Assembly: GCF_009914755.1 (NCBI RefSeq)
Contig: NC_060941.1
Strand: one strand, 5' to 3'
Origin: the human T2T-CHM13v2.0 reference genome, Homo sapiens
DNA: 64,000 nucleotides
Shown here: in pieces, positions 12,117 to 25,242 of the stretch
Layout: each line of letters starts with the position of its first letter
Position numbering within the stretch: the first letter of the stretch is position 1
The notes under the pieces: model-generated
What the model was told of the DNA's origin: nothing
The model's database searches: none
The model's input: the letters and a program-made list of their open reading frames with translations, nothing else
Translations under genes and position numbers: made by a program

Positions 12117-13714
12117 CCTGTGACAAAGAGATTAATACATAAATACAAAACTAGAGATGTGGTTAACAAAGGAATTCAGGCAAATTCAACTGTGCCTGTC
12201 CTTTTTACCTGTTTTACCTCTTCACATTGCTAGAAGCAATATGAGAGCATCAGATACTTTCTTTCATCTATGAAAAATAGGCCATAGATCAAAGCCTGAC
12301 TTTAAGATGGTTTTTTCCTAGAGTAAGACATACTTTCTCACCTTCTTGGTCCTCCCTTGTTGCCATATCATTGGTAATCCAACTGATTAATGAGGACCAT
12401 GTAAGTTTCCAGAAAAGACCACTTGGTTGGGCTCGGTTCCATTGGCATAAACAATTCTATTAGTCTTTTTTTAGGGACCGGAGGAAATGTTGCCAGTAGC
12501 AGAAAATTAATACACTCTCTAATACAATGATTATTGTACTTGAGCACCACCAGCAACAATTTCAAAAACACTTCTGGGCCTTGGTCTCAATAAGAATCAT
12601 GACAAACTCCATCTTATCCCCAAGCAATCAGAGCTTTCCAAGAGGAAGTTTATCATAACTACTTCCTCCATCAGGCATCTGGCCACTAAGCATTTAATGA
12701 CACCTTATATAGGAACTTCCAAGGGCCTGCTACAGTGGTCCTAAGCCTCTCTAAGAAGGATGCTAAGCATTATTTTTTTCTATAAGTAGGAAATTCTATT
12801 CATAGGTAGTTACATAGTAAAGGGTCAAGAGATACACTAAGCATTTCTGAGAAAGGAGAGAATGTTTTTGGAAATTCAGTCAGAACTCAGAAAATTTTAA
12901 TAACCACATGGGAATTCTAATGAAACTTAAAAAGGTGTGAATTATGGGAATATGTAAATTATAATAGAATAAAGCATTGCACTATATTTCAGTTTGACTT
13001 GTATAAGTCATCCCTGTCCCCATGAAAGAATTTGAGATTTGGCAAACTGACCTTGTTCCTGCCAGTGGCCTAAGTGAATCATAAATAACTTGCTAACCAG
13101 CTATGGAAACTGCATCTGTGCCTATTCCAGCACTGCATAGATCTAGCAAAGACAAAATGATAAAGGAGCTTAGTTCTCTGTCTCCTGGAATAAGGTCTAG
13201 ACTGTAGCAAACCCACAGGCTATTCCTTCACAGGATTACTTGTGGGGTCAAGATAAATTGTCCTATTGGAGGATGTTATGAGATCAGGTTGAGGAAGACT
13301 GAGCTGGGGCAAAATGAATTCACCAAAAATCCACTCCTCTTTCCACAGCCTGAAGGTTGACACTCTACCATCCTTTGGGTGGGAGCAGGATAGGACCCCT
13401 TTGCAATAATAAAGCATGTTCCTGGGGTCCTACAAGCATTACTATTTACAAAGTTCCCAGGAACAGAAGGAAAAGCAGCATCATGAGCCCTTAGAAACTT
13501 TATCAGGTGACGTGGCCCCTTGAGGACTTGCCTAGCCTGCACAGAGGAGGTCACCCTGCCCTGACCTTGTGGGTGCTCACAACTGACAGCCGGCCTATGA
13601 CAAGGAAAGTTGGCCTTTGTTGATTTCCTTGGCTTTATGATTTAAACCAATTGGACTAGAAAGACAAAAAAAAAAACTAGGGAATTTTAAAAAATAATAG
13701 TTTGAGGCCTGGTA

Positions 13715-14700
13715 TATATTTCATTTACTGAGCTTCTGCTATATGCCAGGTACTGTGCTGGGACTGAACCATACAGACATTAATAAGGCACCATCTGCCC
13801 ATCACAAGCTCAAAATCCATTAGAGGATACAGGTATCCCTACCGATATTCTTCATAAAACGAAAGCACTCCTATAAGAGGCAGGCTATTGAGTTTCAAAG
13901 GAAAGACATCTAATTCTTCCTTACAGAGATAATACTTGAGCTGTATCTTGAAGGATAAACAGACATTCAGAATGGGAAAGAAAAGGCAGGCAGAAAAGGA
14001 AAACATTTTAAGCAGAAGGGACAGTATGTACAAAAGCTCAGAGACCTGCAGCCTGATTAAGTACACTCTTAATAGCTCATTGTGATGGATGCTTAAGGCA
14101 TCTGAGGAAAAGTGACAGAGGATGAAGCTAAAAGTTTAAAAGATCAAAATCATACATGGCTACTTATATAACACTAAGAGGGTATGACTTTATCCCGTAG
14201 GCAATAGGAAGCAAAGAAAAGATTTTAAGAAAAGGGATGATGTGGTCTTATTAGATTTTGACAGCTCATGGAGGACTGATTGCAAGAGAGTAAAAAACAA
14301 ATAAATCAGGCTGACACTGGATATCATGAGACAATTAAACAATTAAGAGACTACCTCATGGGTCCACCTGGTCATATCTCACAGGTCCATGAGTCCAAAC
14401 CAAGGCAGCCTTGGTGGGGGTATAGAAGAGAGAGCAGAGAGATGAGGAATTTAGGAGTTAAAATGATGGAACTTTGTGATTGATTGGATGTGGTTGAAGA
14501 GCAAGATGAAGGAGCCAGAGAGTCTGAATAAGAGTGCCGAGACGGATAATGTTACCGTCTACTGAAATGGGCCATAGGAAGGAGGAACAGGTTTAGGGCA
14601 GGGGAGTGATGGTGAGGTCAGTATGACAAATGATGAGTTTTGAGGAACCTATGGAATATCTAGGCAGTGAGCCTAATGAAATCCAGGCCACAGGCTTGCA
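13715..14700 (-). mobile_element. L2 LINE fragment
   Basis: catttactgagcttctgctatatgccaggtactgtgctgggact followed by degenerate L2 body. Confidence 0.7.
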
Positions 14701-15054
14701 AGAAATGGCATAGTGTCAACCTTCATCCCTAATACCCATTTTACATGATTTAAGAGATCATTCCTTTATTCCACCTGTCAACTCATTCACTACTAGGAAT
14801 CTTTAGAGGGGCACCTTGTGCCCCAGTTCTTTCTGACACCTTGGCAAAGACTCATTGAACTAAATGGACCCCAGGAGGTTATCTTGTTGATTCCTTGGCT
14901 TCCAAACTAGGCCACATGGCCCAGACTGATTAGGATTTTAGTGAGTTAGATATCCTTAGGAAGAATATTTTAATTCCAGTCCTGTTCTAATATTCTAATC
15001 ACTACCACTAAATGCCTCATTCTTTCAGGGTAGTAAAAAGGTGTGGCAGAAGGA

Positions 15055-15282
15055 CAAACATTTATTTTGTATCAGGTATGTGCCATATGCTGTGCTGGGC
15101 ACTTTATATACATTGTATTACTTAATCCTAGGTAGGCATTATAATCCCTGTGTTAGAGATGAGAAAAGTGAGACTCCCAGAGGTCACGTGCCCACTGTCA
15201 CACAGGTGGTGAGTGGCAGAAGTATGCTTCAAACCCAGGTCCGTCAGATGGCTAAGCCCATGTACTTTCCACTGTACTATAT
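15055..15282 (-). mobile_element. MIR SINE
   Basis: ttaatcct...gatgagaaaagtgagactcccagaggtcac...agtggcagaagtatgcttcaaacccaggt. Confidence 0.78.
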
Positions 15283-16175
15283 TCCTAGTGTTGATGCCAA
15301 CCTTATGTTAGTCTGCCACTATCTTATGTAGAAAAAAGAGGGAGAAAAATACCATAGAAAATTAGTCTTAGTCTGTGAATTATTAACAAATCATGTGGTC
15401 CAGCTAATGACATTATTGTAGCCTTATACCATTTTATCCGTAAAATGCATGAGATTCACATTTTTAAAAATTAGAAGCTTCCAGTCTGTCTTTCTTGCCT
15501 CAGTTATGGCTACCAAATGTATCATTGCTAAACCACAAAAGACTATGTTAAAGTAACATTTGTTAAAGTAACATTAAAGGGTCTGGATTTAAAAAAAAAA
15601 AAAAAAAACCACAAGAGCGGGGAAACTGAAGCGTTATAGTTGAAACCTCCTCATAACTCACTTGTGGTGCATGGCATGGACAGTGTGGGTGCTGTGAGAC
15701 CACCCACTGATCCAGGCTCCCACCACAGGGACACAACAAGAGAAAGCTGTGAACACCCCGGCTTGTAAGAATTCAGATCAGACTGATAGTGTTTCTTTTA
15801 AAGAAGTTATTCAGTGCCTCTCCCTATTTTTCCAGTCATATTTTAGAAAGGGGAAAAAAAACAATTTTTTTTTTTTACCTCTTGGTTCAGAAAGGCAGGG
15901 TGTGAGACACTTCACTCTTGTCACTTTCCAGCCAAGAGAGGACATCTGTCAAGTGCTAACAGGACATAATCCCTCCTTGAAAGGCATAAAGACACATTCA
16001 GGGAGCTACTAGGGTCAAGAGTAAGCTAAAAAGTCATTGAGATTCCTTCCTGTGGAGCTGCCAGGAAATATTATAGACCTGAAACACCTTTCCAAACAGG
16101 AAAATCAAGCCCACAGTAAAGGAAAGACAATGGAGAAAAGAGGAGCCTTCGGGTGAAGGGTCTGCCTCTTCAGAT

Positions 16176-16790
16176 CCATTCATGCATTTATTTATTTATT
16201 CATTTGGTCAATAAACCTTAATTGAGAAGCTACAATGTTCCATGTTTCAAGGACATAAAAATTAATAGGAGGCATAGTTCCTGCCCTCAAAGAAATCGCA
16301 ATCTAATGCCAAGGCAGTAAAGTAAACACATAAGTACAATGTAGTAGGATAAGTGTCATGAAATGTTTAGAAACAAATGCTCTAGGAGCACAAAAGAGGG
16401 AGAAACTAGTTCCACCTGGCAGGGAGATGTCAGTGAAAACTTTGCTGAGGAGAAAACATTTACCGTGAATCTTCAAGTATCACAAGTTGACCTGGAGGTA
16501 TTAGTAAAGAAAGGTATGTGAGGAGGAGGAAAAGGCATGTTTCAAAGCATGGAAGTATAAAAGGACTCATAATAAGTTCAGCTTGACCAAAGCTTAGGGT
16601 TGATGAGGAACTAGGGCTGGAAGGTGGCAGCATGAGGGAAGGTATGACTGAAAATATTCTCAAATCCTAGATCACAGGGAGTTTTCCTTATGGAGAGATG
16701 TTTGGATTTTGTCCTCAGGTCCAGAGGGAGCTCTGTAGAAGTCTTTAAGCAGGGAAATAGTATGAGAATTCGATCATTTGGGAGAAGCTC
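16176..16790 (-). mobile_element. L2 LINE 3' fragment
   Basis: cattcatgcatttatttatttattcattt...gttcctgccctcaaagaa... Confidence 0.7.
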
Positions 16791-18326
16791 CATAGCTTGT
16801 CATTTACTGAGAGGGCATATGAAATCAGTTCTCTGTGTCAGGCAAAAAAAAGTGCTAAACAGAGCAGAGAAGATGAGAAGGAAGGATCTGACACCACAGA
16901 GAAAAATCAAACCAGGACAGAGGCCTCCTGAGTTGAGAAACACCTCCTTGAAATGAGGCATAGCTGGAGTAAGGATGGATCACTCACACTCTCACCCCAT
17001 TCTTCTCTTCTACTTCCATGGAAGGAAAGACAGAGCACACTGCCCTGGCATTCACCTAAGATTTATCCCCAGAGAAAAAAAAAGCAAGGAAGTAGTAGCC
17101 AGTGGTAACATGGGAATTGTAGGGTGGACAAAAATCTCTCAATATGCAGAAAAGTAGGGCTTCCTCATTGAGGTGTAGAGATGACCAATGCCCCATTTTG
17201 AGGTAGTGTGGTTTTAGCTTCCCTAAATGGCCAGATCTGGGTCTCAGGAATCAACATCTAATTACTACCTGTAATTACTACCTGTAATTAGATGTTCTTC
17301 CTAGAATTCCTCACTAAAGAAGCCAGAATAAAAATGTTTCAACAGACTTGTTGGGTTGTAACAGCCCTATTTCCAAAGCATGGAACACACTGGTACAGGC
17401 CAGAGGTAAACAGAGTAAAAGAGCTTCTTGAAGAATGAGTCTCCAAATTCATCAATGCCCTGGAAGAAACCAGTACTATGATAGTCTGAATCAGGGTGCT
17501 TTCCTCATCCTACTAGAATCCAAAGTTACGGTATAAGATCAGAGCTGGTCAGAGAAGTACAGGAAATCTGACCATCTCAAGCTGCCTATACCAGGCTCAA
17601 TCCTACACTGCTCTGTTCCTCCTGAAAAAAGGAAATGATGGAGACGAAGGCTGGACTCTTTCCTGTGATATCTGTCCAATTATCTGTTGAGAGAAGAAAA
17701 CCAAGTCTGCTGAAGACAAGAAATGGTCTGTCCAAGCAACAGCTCATATCATCCATCCAGAGGGGCCAAGAAGCGGAGAGGCAGAAGAGGATCAAAGCCT
17801 ATCATAATAGGCCCTTGGGGAAGTTTTGTAGTCAGACCAAAGACACTCTGAGAAAAGCATGTCTTCTGTCTTCTGGGGGTTCTGGCCTTGGAAAGGAGTA
17901 GGCAAGATATGTACTGGAAATCAGACATGAAAACCAAAACTAGGTTTCAAATTGCTACTTGGCTTTTTTTCTTTAAAGTGATAAGCAAGCTTATTTTCCC
18001 AGTATGTGTGTGTATATGTGTGTGTGTACACACACACACTCAATCAGCCCCAACTTTAGGGAAAAGTCCACATAACTGCAGCTTTAGCCAACCCCACTTC
18101 CCCATACCTTACTAGGAGTTGGTAAACCTTAAAAGGGAATACTGTCTGACTAAAGCCAGACAACTGGCCCCTTAAGAGCACATTTATAATTTATTTATGG
18201 CTTAATATTTTCCACTGATAGGATTAATAAATCATGTTTTCATTCAACTTGTTTTCTCTGAGGTATGAATTTCTCTATTTTGATACCAGATCTTAACATG
18301 TTTTATTTTGCTTGTCCATTTTCCAG

Positions 18327-18493
18327 TTCATTTTTGCAGCTACAGAGAGAAATTTATTAGTCTGTATTGCCGCCTTTCTGCTGTTGTGGAGCTGGATTCT
18401 CTGAACACCCAACAGTCCCTCAGGGAAGCAATCTCAGACAGCGAGGTTGCAGCTGCCAAACAAAGACACCAGCAAGTTTTAGATTTCATTCAG
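18327..18493 (+). CDS. ANKFN1: ANKFN1 coding exon D (VHFCSYREKFISLYCRLSAVVELDSLNTQQSLREAISDSEVAAAKQRHQQVLDFIQ), long isoform
   Basis: ttttccag acceptor, CAG|gtaatt donor; 167 nt, phase 1 to 0, compatible with exons C and E. Confidence 0.93.
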
Positions 18494-19214
18494 GTAATTG
18501 TTTGTTCCTTCTGGGGTAAAAGGAAGGGAGAAGAGGCAGGGTGGAAAGGGTGAAAAGCCAAGCATGGGAAAGGACAGCAGTCCAGGCTGATTCAAAGAAC
18601 ACGGTGTGTAAGTTGCCTATTGAGTTGGTTAAAATGTGGAGCTCAGGCAGATAAGTTTTCAAACAAAGCCTTAAGAAAAAGTTACAGATAATTCACAATA
18701 TTACTAAGAAATGTTATCAGTCACCATGGTGGGTAGTGGTAGCTTTCCATACGGGAGAGAAAAATCACCCCCCAGAAGCAGTAACTAGAATATTATTCTT
18801 ACCTTGTAGCCCATTGACAATTCTAATGGAAAGAAAAATTGTATTAATTAATTCAATATCTCAGAGAAAAAGAAAATAAAATGACCTACCAGTTTATGTT
18901 AACCCAGATCCAATTAGAACTAAAATTCCTCATGTTTTGGGCTTCTTTCTCACAGAATTGACACTTTAATATGTGGCTGTTAAGATCAGAAAATGTGTTC
19001 CCCTTCCCATGGTCTTTTCTGGTAAAGCCTATGGTAACACCTCAGGGTCTTGTGAAAGGGGTACTGACTAGTAATCAAGAGAATTTGGATCTGGCCTGAA
19101 ATTGCCTCTGAATCCCTTAGCCAAATCTTTCAATCTTTCTGTCCATCAGTTACTCAATTCACAAAATGAGTAGAATAGCAATAGCCCCATGATAAATATC
19201 ACTATGATACATAT

Positions 19215-20000
19215 TCAGTTCAATTTGATAAACCTTTATTAAACAACCAGGTGTCAGACACTGTGTGCGAGACATAAAGTTGAATTAGACATGGTCTCTG
19301 ATCTTAAGGAGTTTCAAATCCATCAGGGTAGATAAGAAATGTGTGTAAATACAATTTGTAAAATGTGCTAGGTGCCAAAAAAAAGATATACCAAAGCAAA
19401 ACAAACAAACAAACAAATAAGTTTTGTGTCAGCACAAGAAAGTAAAAATTTACTTTCACTTGTATCAGAAACATTCCCATGAAGGATGTAATTGATATAT
19501 AGCCTGGCCTACAAGGATAGGTTAGATTACAGTAAGGTGAAACAGAATGTAGAGCATTCAAAGAGAAAGTATAAACAGATGAGGCAGACAGAGCAGAAAA
19601 ATAGTATTTGGGGAATGATAAATAGTCAAGATTGGTTGGGGCATAAATTGAGTGATGAGAGGTAGAAATTAGGCAAGAAGGAAAGATGTCAATGATAGCA
19701 GATCACAAGGGCTTTATTAAAAGCCATAGTTAAGAAATCTGTACTTTTTTTCTGTAGGCAGTAGGGAGCTACCCAAAGTTTTGAAGAAAGTTAAGTCACA
19801 GGCTCTCAAAACTCTGTTTAGGATAGATTCAAGCAGTGAGGATACTCTTCCCATATAATTGGTACAGCCATACTGGTTGTTTATTATAAGCATTCACTCT
19901 TATTGGTCATGCTCACCAAATAAGGATTTGAGAAGACTAAAGGCAGAGAAACCAAATAAGAAGCTATTATAACTATCCAGACAATTTGTTATGAGGACTT
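19215..20000 (-). mobile_element. L2 LINE fragment
   Basis: attcagttcaatttgataaacctttattaaac...tgtcagacactgtg; ctgtaggcagtagggagcta. Confidence 0.62.
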
Positions 20001-20011
20001 AAGATGAACGA

Positions 20012-20190
20012 ACGCTGTGAACTTTGGGCAAAGAAATCTCTCTCAGTCCCAACAGTCCCAATCTCCTCATCTGTAAAATAGGGATGATAATAATAGGGTT
20101 ATCTCATAATGTTACTGAGAGAATTCAATGAGATAATACATATAAAACACTCGGCAAAATGCCTGGCACATAGTAAGTATGTAATACATT
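20012..20190 (+). mobile_element. MIR SINE
   Basis: ctcctcatctgtaaaatagggatgataataatag...gcctggcacatagtaag core. Confidence 0.8.
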
Positions 20191-20621
20191 ACATATTCAT
20201 TCATTCACAAGAAGGAGAAATTCTTTGACATATGAATATGTGAGATTCGAGGTGTTTGAAACACTCAGGAAGAAAATATTGTAATTTACTTGCAAAGTGG
20301 AGAGCAGAAAAATCTTTAGGATTATCCTACTTTCCTCATCCCGTGAATGAGATATCTTAGGTGACCTCTCAGAATAGAGAAAGAACTTTCAAGAAGTTAC
20401 TTTCTCCATTGGTCTGAGAATGTAGAATTTAAACATTCAAAACATTTACTTCATTGATTTCATTTCCAGTAAAAATGGAACACAGATGGTGGGGAAGGGG
20501 TGGGAAAAGGAAGAGTGTAGCATGAGGAGAATACGAAAGACTGGCTCATTTTTGAACCCCATATAAAGGATAGTGGAGCATAGTAAGAATAACAACAGAT
20601 CAGAAGCTGGTCCCAGAGGAG

Positions 20622-20726
20622 GTTGGGAGGCTGAGATGGTAGGATCTCTTGAGCCCAGAAGTTCAAGACCAGCCTGGGCAACACAGTGAGACTCCATCTC
20701 TATTAAATAAAAATAAAAAATAAAAA
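20622..20726 (+). mobile_element. FLAM/Alu monomer fragment
   Basis: gggaggctgag...gagcccagaagttcaagaccagcctgggcaac with A-rich tail. Confidence 0.88.
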
Positions 20727-21453
20727 GAAGTCAAGGAGCACACATTTTTAGTCCCAAATCTTCTGATAAACTCTGGAGTACTGGACAATTTATTTGATCT
20801 CTGGGGACCTCAATTTCCTCATATGTAAAATGAAAGAACTGGACTAGATGACTTCTGTGGGTCTAATTGGCTCTAACGTTTTATGACTTAACAACCAGAG
20901 ATATTTTTAGAGGAACACTTCTCTACCCATGCCTTAGGTTCTGTTTCTGCCTTATTCCACTTATGCCTCCCTGAATCCAGTATGTTCCTCCAACAAGGAG
21001 GCTGACTTTCTTCAGTCTGTTGTGTTCTCAAACTCCTCCCAGAGTTCCCTGGCTTTATTCCTACTCCCTGACTACTACCCTTGCTCCTTTCTTTTTCATG
21101 TAGCCTAGGGCTCCACTGCCTTTTTCTCTTCTTTTATGTCACACCATTAAGTGGGTTGGATAAAGGCAGGCCAGGCTGGGAATTCTTCAAAGTTCTAGCC
21201 CGCTCTGGTCTCCCAAAGCAGGTAACTTGAGAGCCCTCTCTACATACTTCCCTTCCAGTCAGCCAGGTACACACAGACTTGGATAAAAGCCAATTCTCAA
21301 AGGGTTCAAAATATAACTTCTTGGTCTGGGTAAAACAAGACCATCTCCCTACACCCATAGCCTTCAATGAACCACCTTGCTTCTCCCAACATGGATAACT
21401 TCACTGAGTGGAGACAATTCAATATCATCTCTCCCTTTATGTTGACTTTGTGG

Positions 21454-21485
<32 letters not shown>

Positions 21486-21505
21486 ACTCACTCACTCTGT
21501 CTCTC
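21454..21505 (+). repeat. (TC)n(CACT)n compound microsatellite
   Basis: Direct reading. Confidence 0.95.
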
Positions 21506-22496
21506 AAAATGAAAACCAGCTGTAGCCACTCACCCATTGGTGTTCACAGCTCAGCCCACCACACACCATAACCTGCAGAAGTGACCGCCAGTTGTGAGAG
21601 CATTTGTATGATTCCAGATCTAAGACAGTGTTGAAGTCACTACACAAACCAAACATTGTAAAGAGCAAGGGAGTCTACGTAAATACAGTTAGGAAAAGAA
21701 GCCAAGGAGTGCGGCCAGAAAGGGGGAGGCCTGGGCCACGGGAGGTGTAGAAAATCATAGATAAGGCATACAGGCTTTATAGACAGCACATGCAGCAGAA
21801 ATGTCAAAGTGTGAAGACCTGGAGCTTGGCATATTTTGAGCTGCTAAAGCCTAAAGGGCAATTAGGCTATAATTTATATACTGTAATGCTTCAAATGCTC
21901 CTAAGCTGTAATAGAAACACAGCTCATTAAATATAGCCAATCTATCATCCCCTTGAGCACCTTGTAGCTGTGCTGTGAGAAAACCAATCACCTTTACATT
22001 TTAATAAAAATATTATCTTGCCTGAGTAAAGAGAAAGGAATATAATTTACGAGATGAAAACTGAAATTTTTAAGGGGCAGGGTGAGAAATGGATGCATAA
22101 CTTTTAATCAACAGACCTAGGGAATTCATGGTCTTTCTTTTTTAAAATGTGTCAGCAAGTCTTTAGAAGGTGAATTTGGACCTTAAAATCAGGGGGATTA
22201 TGTTGTCAGTTACTTTTAGATCAGCAGTATAAGGTAAAATGGGTGAAAATTGGCCTTCTTTTGGAGCAATTAGCTAAGTCTCATTAAACTCAATCCACAG
22301 GCCTCCCTATACCCATATGGTTTTTAAGTTTTTTCTTCAGTTAAGACCTCTTCACGTCACTGAGAAAAATTAAGAAGTAAATATTGTTTCTACATACTTT
22401 TAAAAAAATTTCTACGCTAAATCCCTCTATTCATCCTCAGCAATAAAGCTGAAACAATCTTATCCAAAGAGAGCAGGTAGATTATTTATTAATAAT

Positions 22497-22988
22497 TATA
22501 TTGGCCTCCTAGGGTTGCTGTAACAAATTCCCATAAACTGGGTGGCTTAAAATAACAGAAATGTATTCCCTCACAGCTCTGGAGACCAGAGGTTTGAAAT
22601 TAAAGTGTTGGCAAGGCCACACTCCCTCTGGAGGCTCTAGAGGAGAATCTAGTCTCTGCCTCTTCAGTTTCTGATGGCTGTTAGCATTCCTTGACTTCTG
22701 GCCACATCATTTCACTCTTTCTGTACTCACGTTGCCTCCTTCTCTTATGTCTGACAAATCTCCCTCTGCCTCACTCTTATAAGAATGTCCTTATGAGGAC
22801 ATCTGTTGTTAGAATTAGGATCCACAGAGAAAATCCAAGATAAACGCCTCCTCTCAAAATCCTAAACTTAATCATATCTTTTGCCATATAAAGTAATATT
22901 TACTTCGTATCATATCAAATAATATTCACAGGTTCTGGAGCTTAAGATATGGATGTATTATGGGGGGTTCCATATTCAGCCCACTACA
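22497..22988 (-). mobile_element. MLT1 (B/C-like) MaLR solo LTR
   Basis: ctagggttgctgtaacaaattcccataaactgggtggcttaaaataacagaaatgtattccctcacagctctggag...ttcagcccactaca. Confidence 0.85.
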
Positions 22989-24589
22989 GTAATCATGATT
23001 GTCATTATAAAAACTGAAAATTTTATAATATGTAATTGATAAAGTACACTTATCTATATTATCTTACTTAATCCTTATAATAACTCTGTTTGTGGGTAGA
23101 GATCTAAAGAATTAGATCATTCATTCATTCATTAAACAGTCATTTTTTGAGTACATACCTACTCTGCAAAGCTGAAAGCAAAAAAATACCAAAACACAAT
23201 CCCTGTCCTTGTCGGGCACTCTAAAAGCTATCCACAGTCATGCGGTGCCTTTAAAATAACTTTCAACAAGCTTATGTTGCATGAGGTAGGGCCAGTAAAA
23301 GCCAGCTGAGAGAACAACAATCTCACTGGGAAAATTCATCTGAGTCTCATCTGGGATTCCCACTTTGGCTTTATCCCCAGACTTTAGATTTCTCCCTTCA
23401 AAATGGCTTAGTGCCTCCTCATGGGCCTGCCTACTGCTGAACTTCCTGCCCAACTGACCAAGCTAAAAAAGCCTGAAGCTCAATCTCATGCTTTCATCAC
23501 TGGCCCTGAATACTCTGCTGAGTCTTGTCACCACAGGAGTGGCAAGAACTAGAAAGCAGGGGAAAACGGCTGTAAGACCATACACTGCCATTCACTAGTT
23601 CACTCTAGCTAGCTTTTCACTCAACTTGGCGGACTGAATGTCAGACCTACTGTGTGTTTGTTGGGAGGACCAGGTTTGTGGATATTCTTAATGAGTAGGT
23701 TTTAAGTACAGATTAAAGGCCTATCAAGAAATTTTGAAAATAAAATATAACACTGGGTAGTGTTTTAGTTTTAAAACTTCCACAATCAGAGAGAGAGATT
23801 AACCTTGCATGACTCACATAATGAATACCTTCTATCTGGAAGTTAGGTAATACCAAATTTCCAAATGTTCCTGAAAAATAAATCCTAAAGTTTCAGAGCT
23901 GGAAGGGAACTTAGGCATCATGTAGACTAACTACCTCTTCTTACAGTTGAGTAAATGGGCCCCAAGAAGTTAATGGCTTGCCCAAGTCATCGAGTGAAAT
24001 TAAATAGAAAGCCTACCACAAATTCCAGGGTCATAAGAAAAAATATGTTTAACCAACAGCCCCTCCTTGAGATGGAATAACAAAAAAGCTCATGGCCCAT
24101 GTCTATCAAGATCTGGAAAACTTTCGTCATCTATATATACAGAGAGACACAAAAATCTGAGTGAATTTTGTGCAAATAGGCTTCAAGGAAACTACTATTG
24201 TACTTTATAATGAAAATATCATTAAAATGACTTTGATAACCCAAAAATCAAAATGGAACAACCTAAAATGGACTACTCTAGAAATGTAAGGATGTTTAAA
24301 TTATTTAAGATTAAACTGTTAAGGCCGTTTTGAACTTTAGAAGCCCTTACTCTATATGTAAGAAAGTAGTAAGTCTAATATATGAAGTTAATTATTTTCT
24401 ATTAACATAGGTCCAAAAACCTCTACTTAGCAAAAATATTCCAGTAGAGCTTTGCTTTTCTAGTTCACATATAAGAACTAGGACTACATTTCTTTCTTAA
24501 GATATTCTGAAATTCAGGCTTTATCATATGCCTTCACAATATCTTAATGAGGAATATTTAATTATAATCTGGGATATAATAACCCTTTA

Positions 24590-24820
24590 TATGTATGAGC
24601 AATGTACCCTGAGGCATCACAAAGCACTTTCGAATTCATTATTTCAACTAATCATCCCAGCAACCCTGGGAGGTATAAATGGAAAATGTTTTGGCCACAT
24701 TTTACAAATAAAGCAACTAAGGCTCAAAAAGGTCAAGTGACTTGCTATGAGTTAGTATAGTGCTAATAAGTGATATATTCCAGCTAGCATCTAAGTCTTC
24801 TACTATTTTCACTAAATGAC
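24590..24820 (-). mobile_element. MIR SINE
   Basis: cattttacaaataaagcaactaaggctcaaaaaggtcaagtgacttgc. Confidence 0.7.
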
Positions 24821-25025
24821 AGAGCTTCTCTGGTAAAAATACGCAAAACAAAAAATATTACAAAAAGAGAGGTATTTTCTGGCTTAACAAATCTATGTTA
24901 AAAATATTTTACTCTTGCTCAAAGCCAATATTGCGGAAAATGGATCATCTTGGACTCTCAGGGAAATGTATTCCTTTTTAATCACTGCTTGATAACTTAG
25001 TGTCTTTTACCATTTTATTCCAAAG

Positions 25026-25242
25026 CAAATAGATGAAGTCTGGCGTGAAATGAGATGGATCATGGATGCTCTACAGTATGCAAGATACAAACAACCAGTT
25101 TCTGGCTTGCCCATCACTAAGCTGATAGACCCCTCAGATGAGCAGAGCCTAAAGAAGATCAATTCTACATCATCATCACATATAGACTGTCTTCCATCCC
25201 CACCCCCATCCCCAGAGATGCACAGAAGAAAGACAGTGAGTG
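25026..25242 (+). CDS. ANKFN1: ANKFN1 coding exon E (QIDEVWREMRWIMDALQYARYKQPVSGLP...SPPPSPEMHRRKTVS), long isoform
   Basis: ttttattccaaag acceptor, GTG|gtaagc donor at 25243; 217 nt, phase 0 to 1. Confidence 0.92.
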
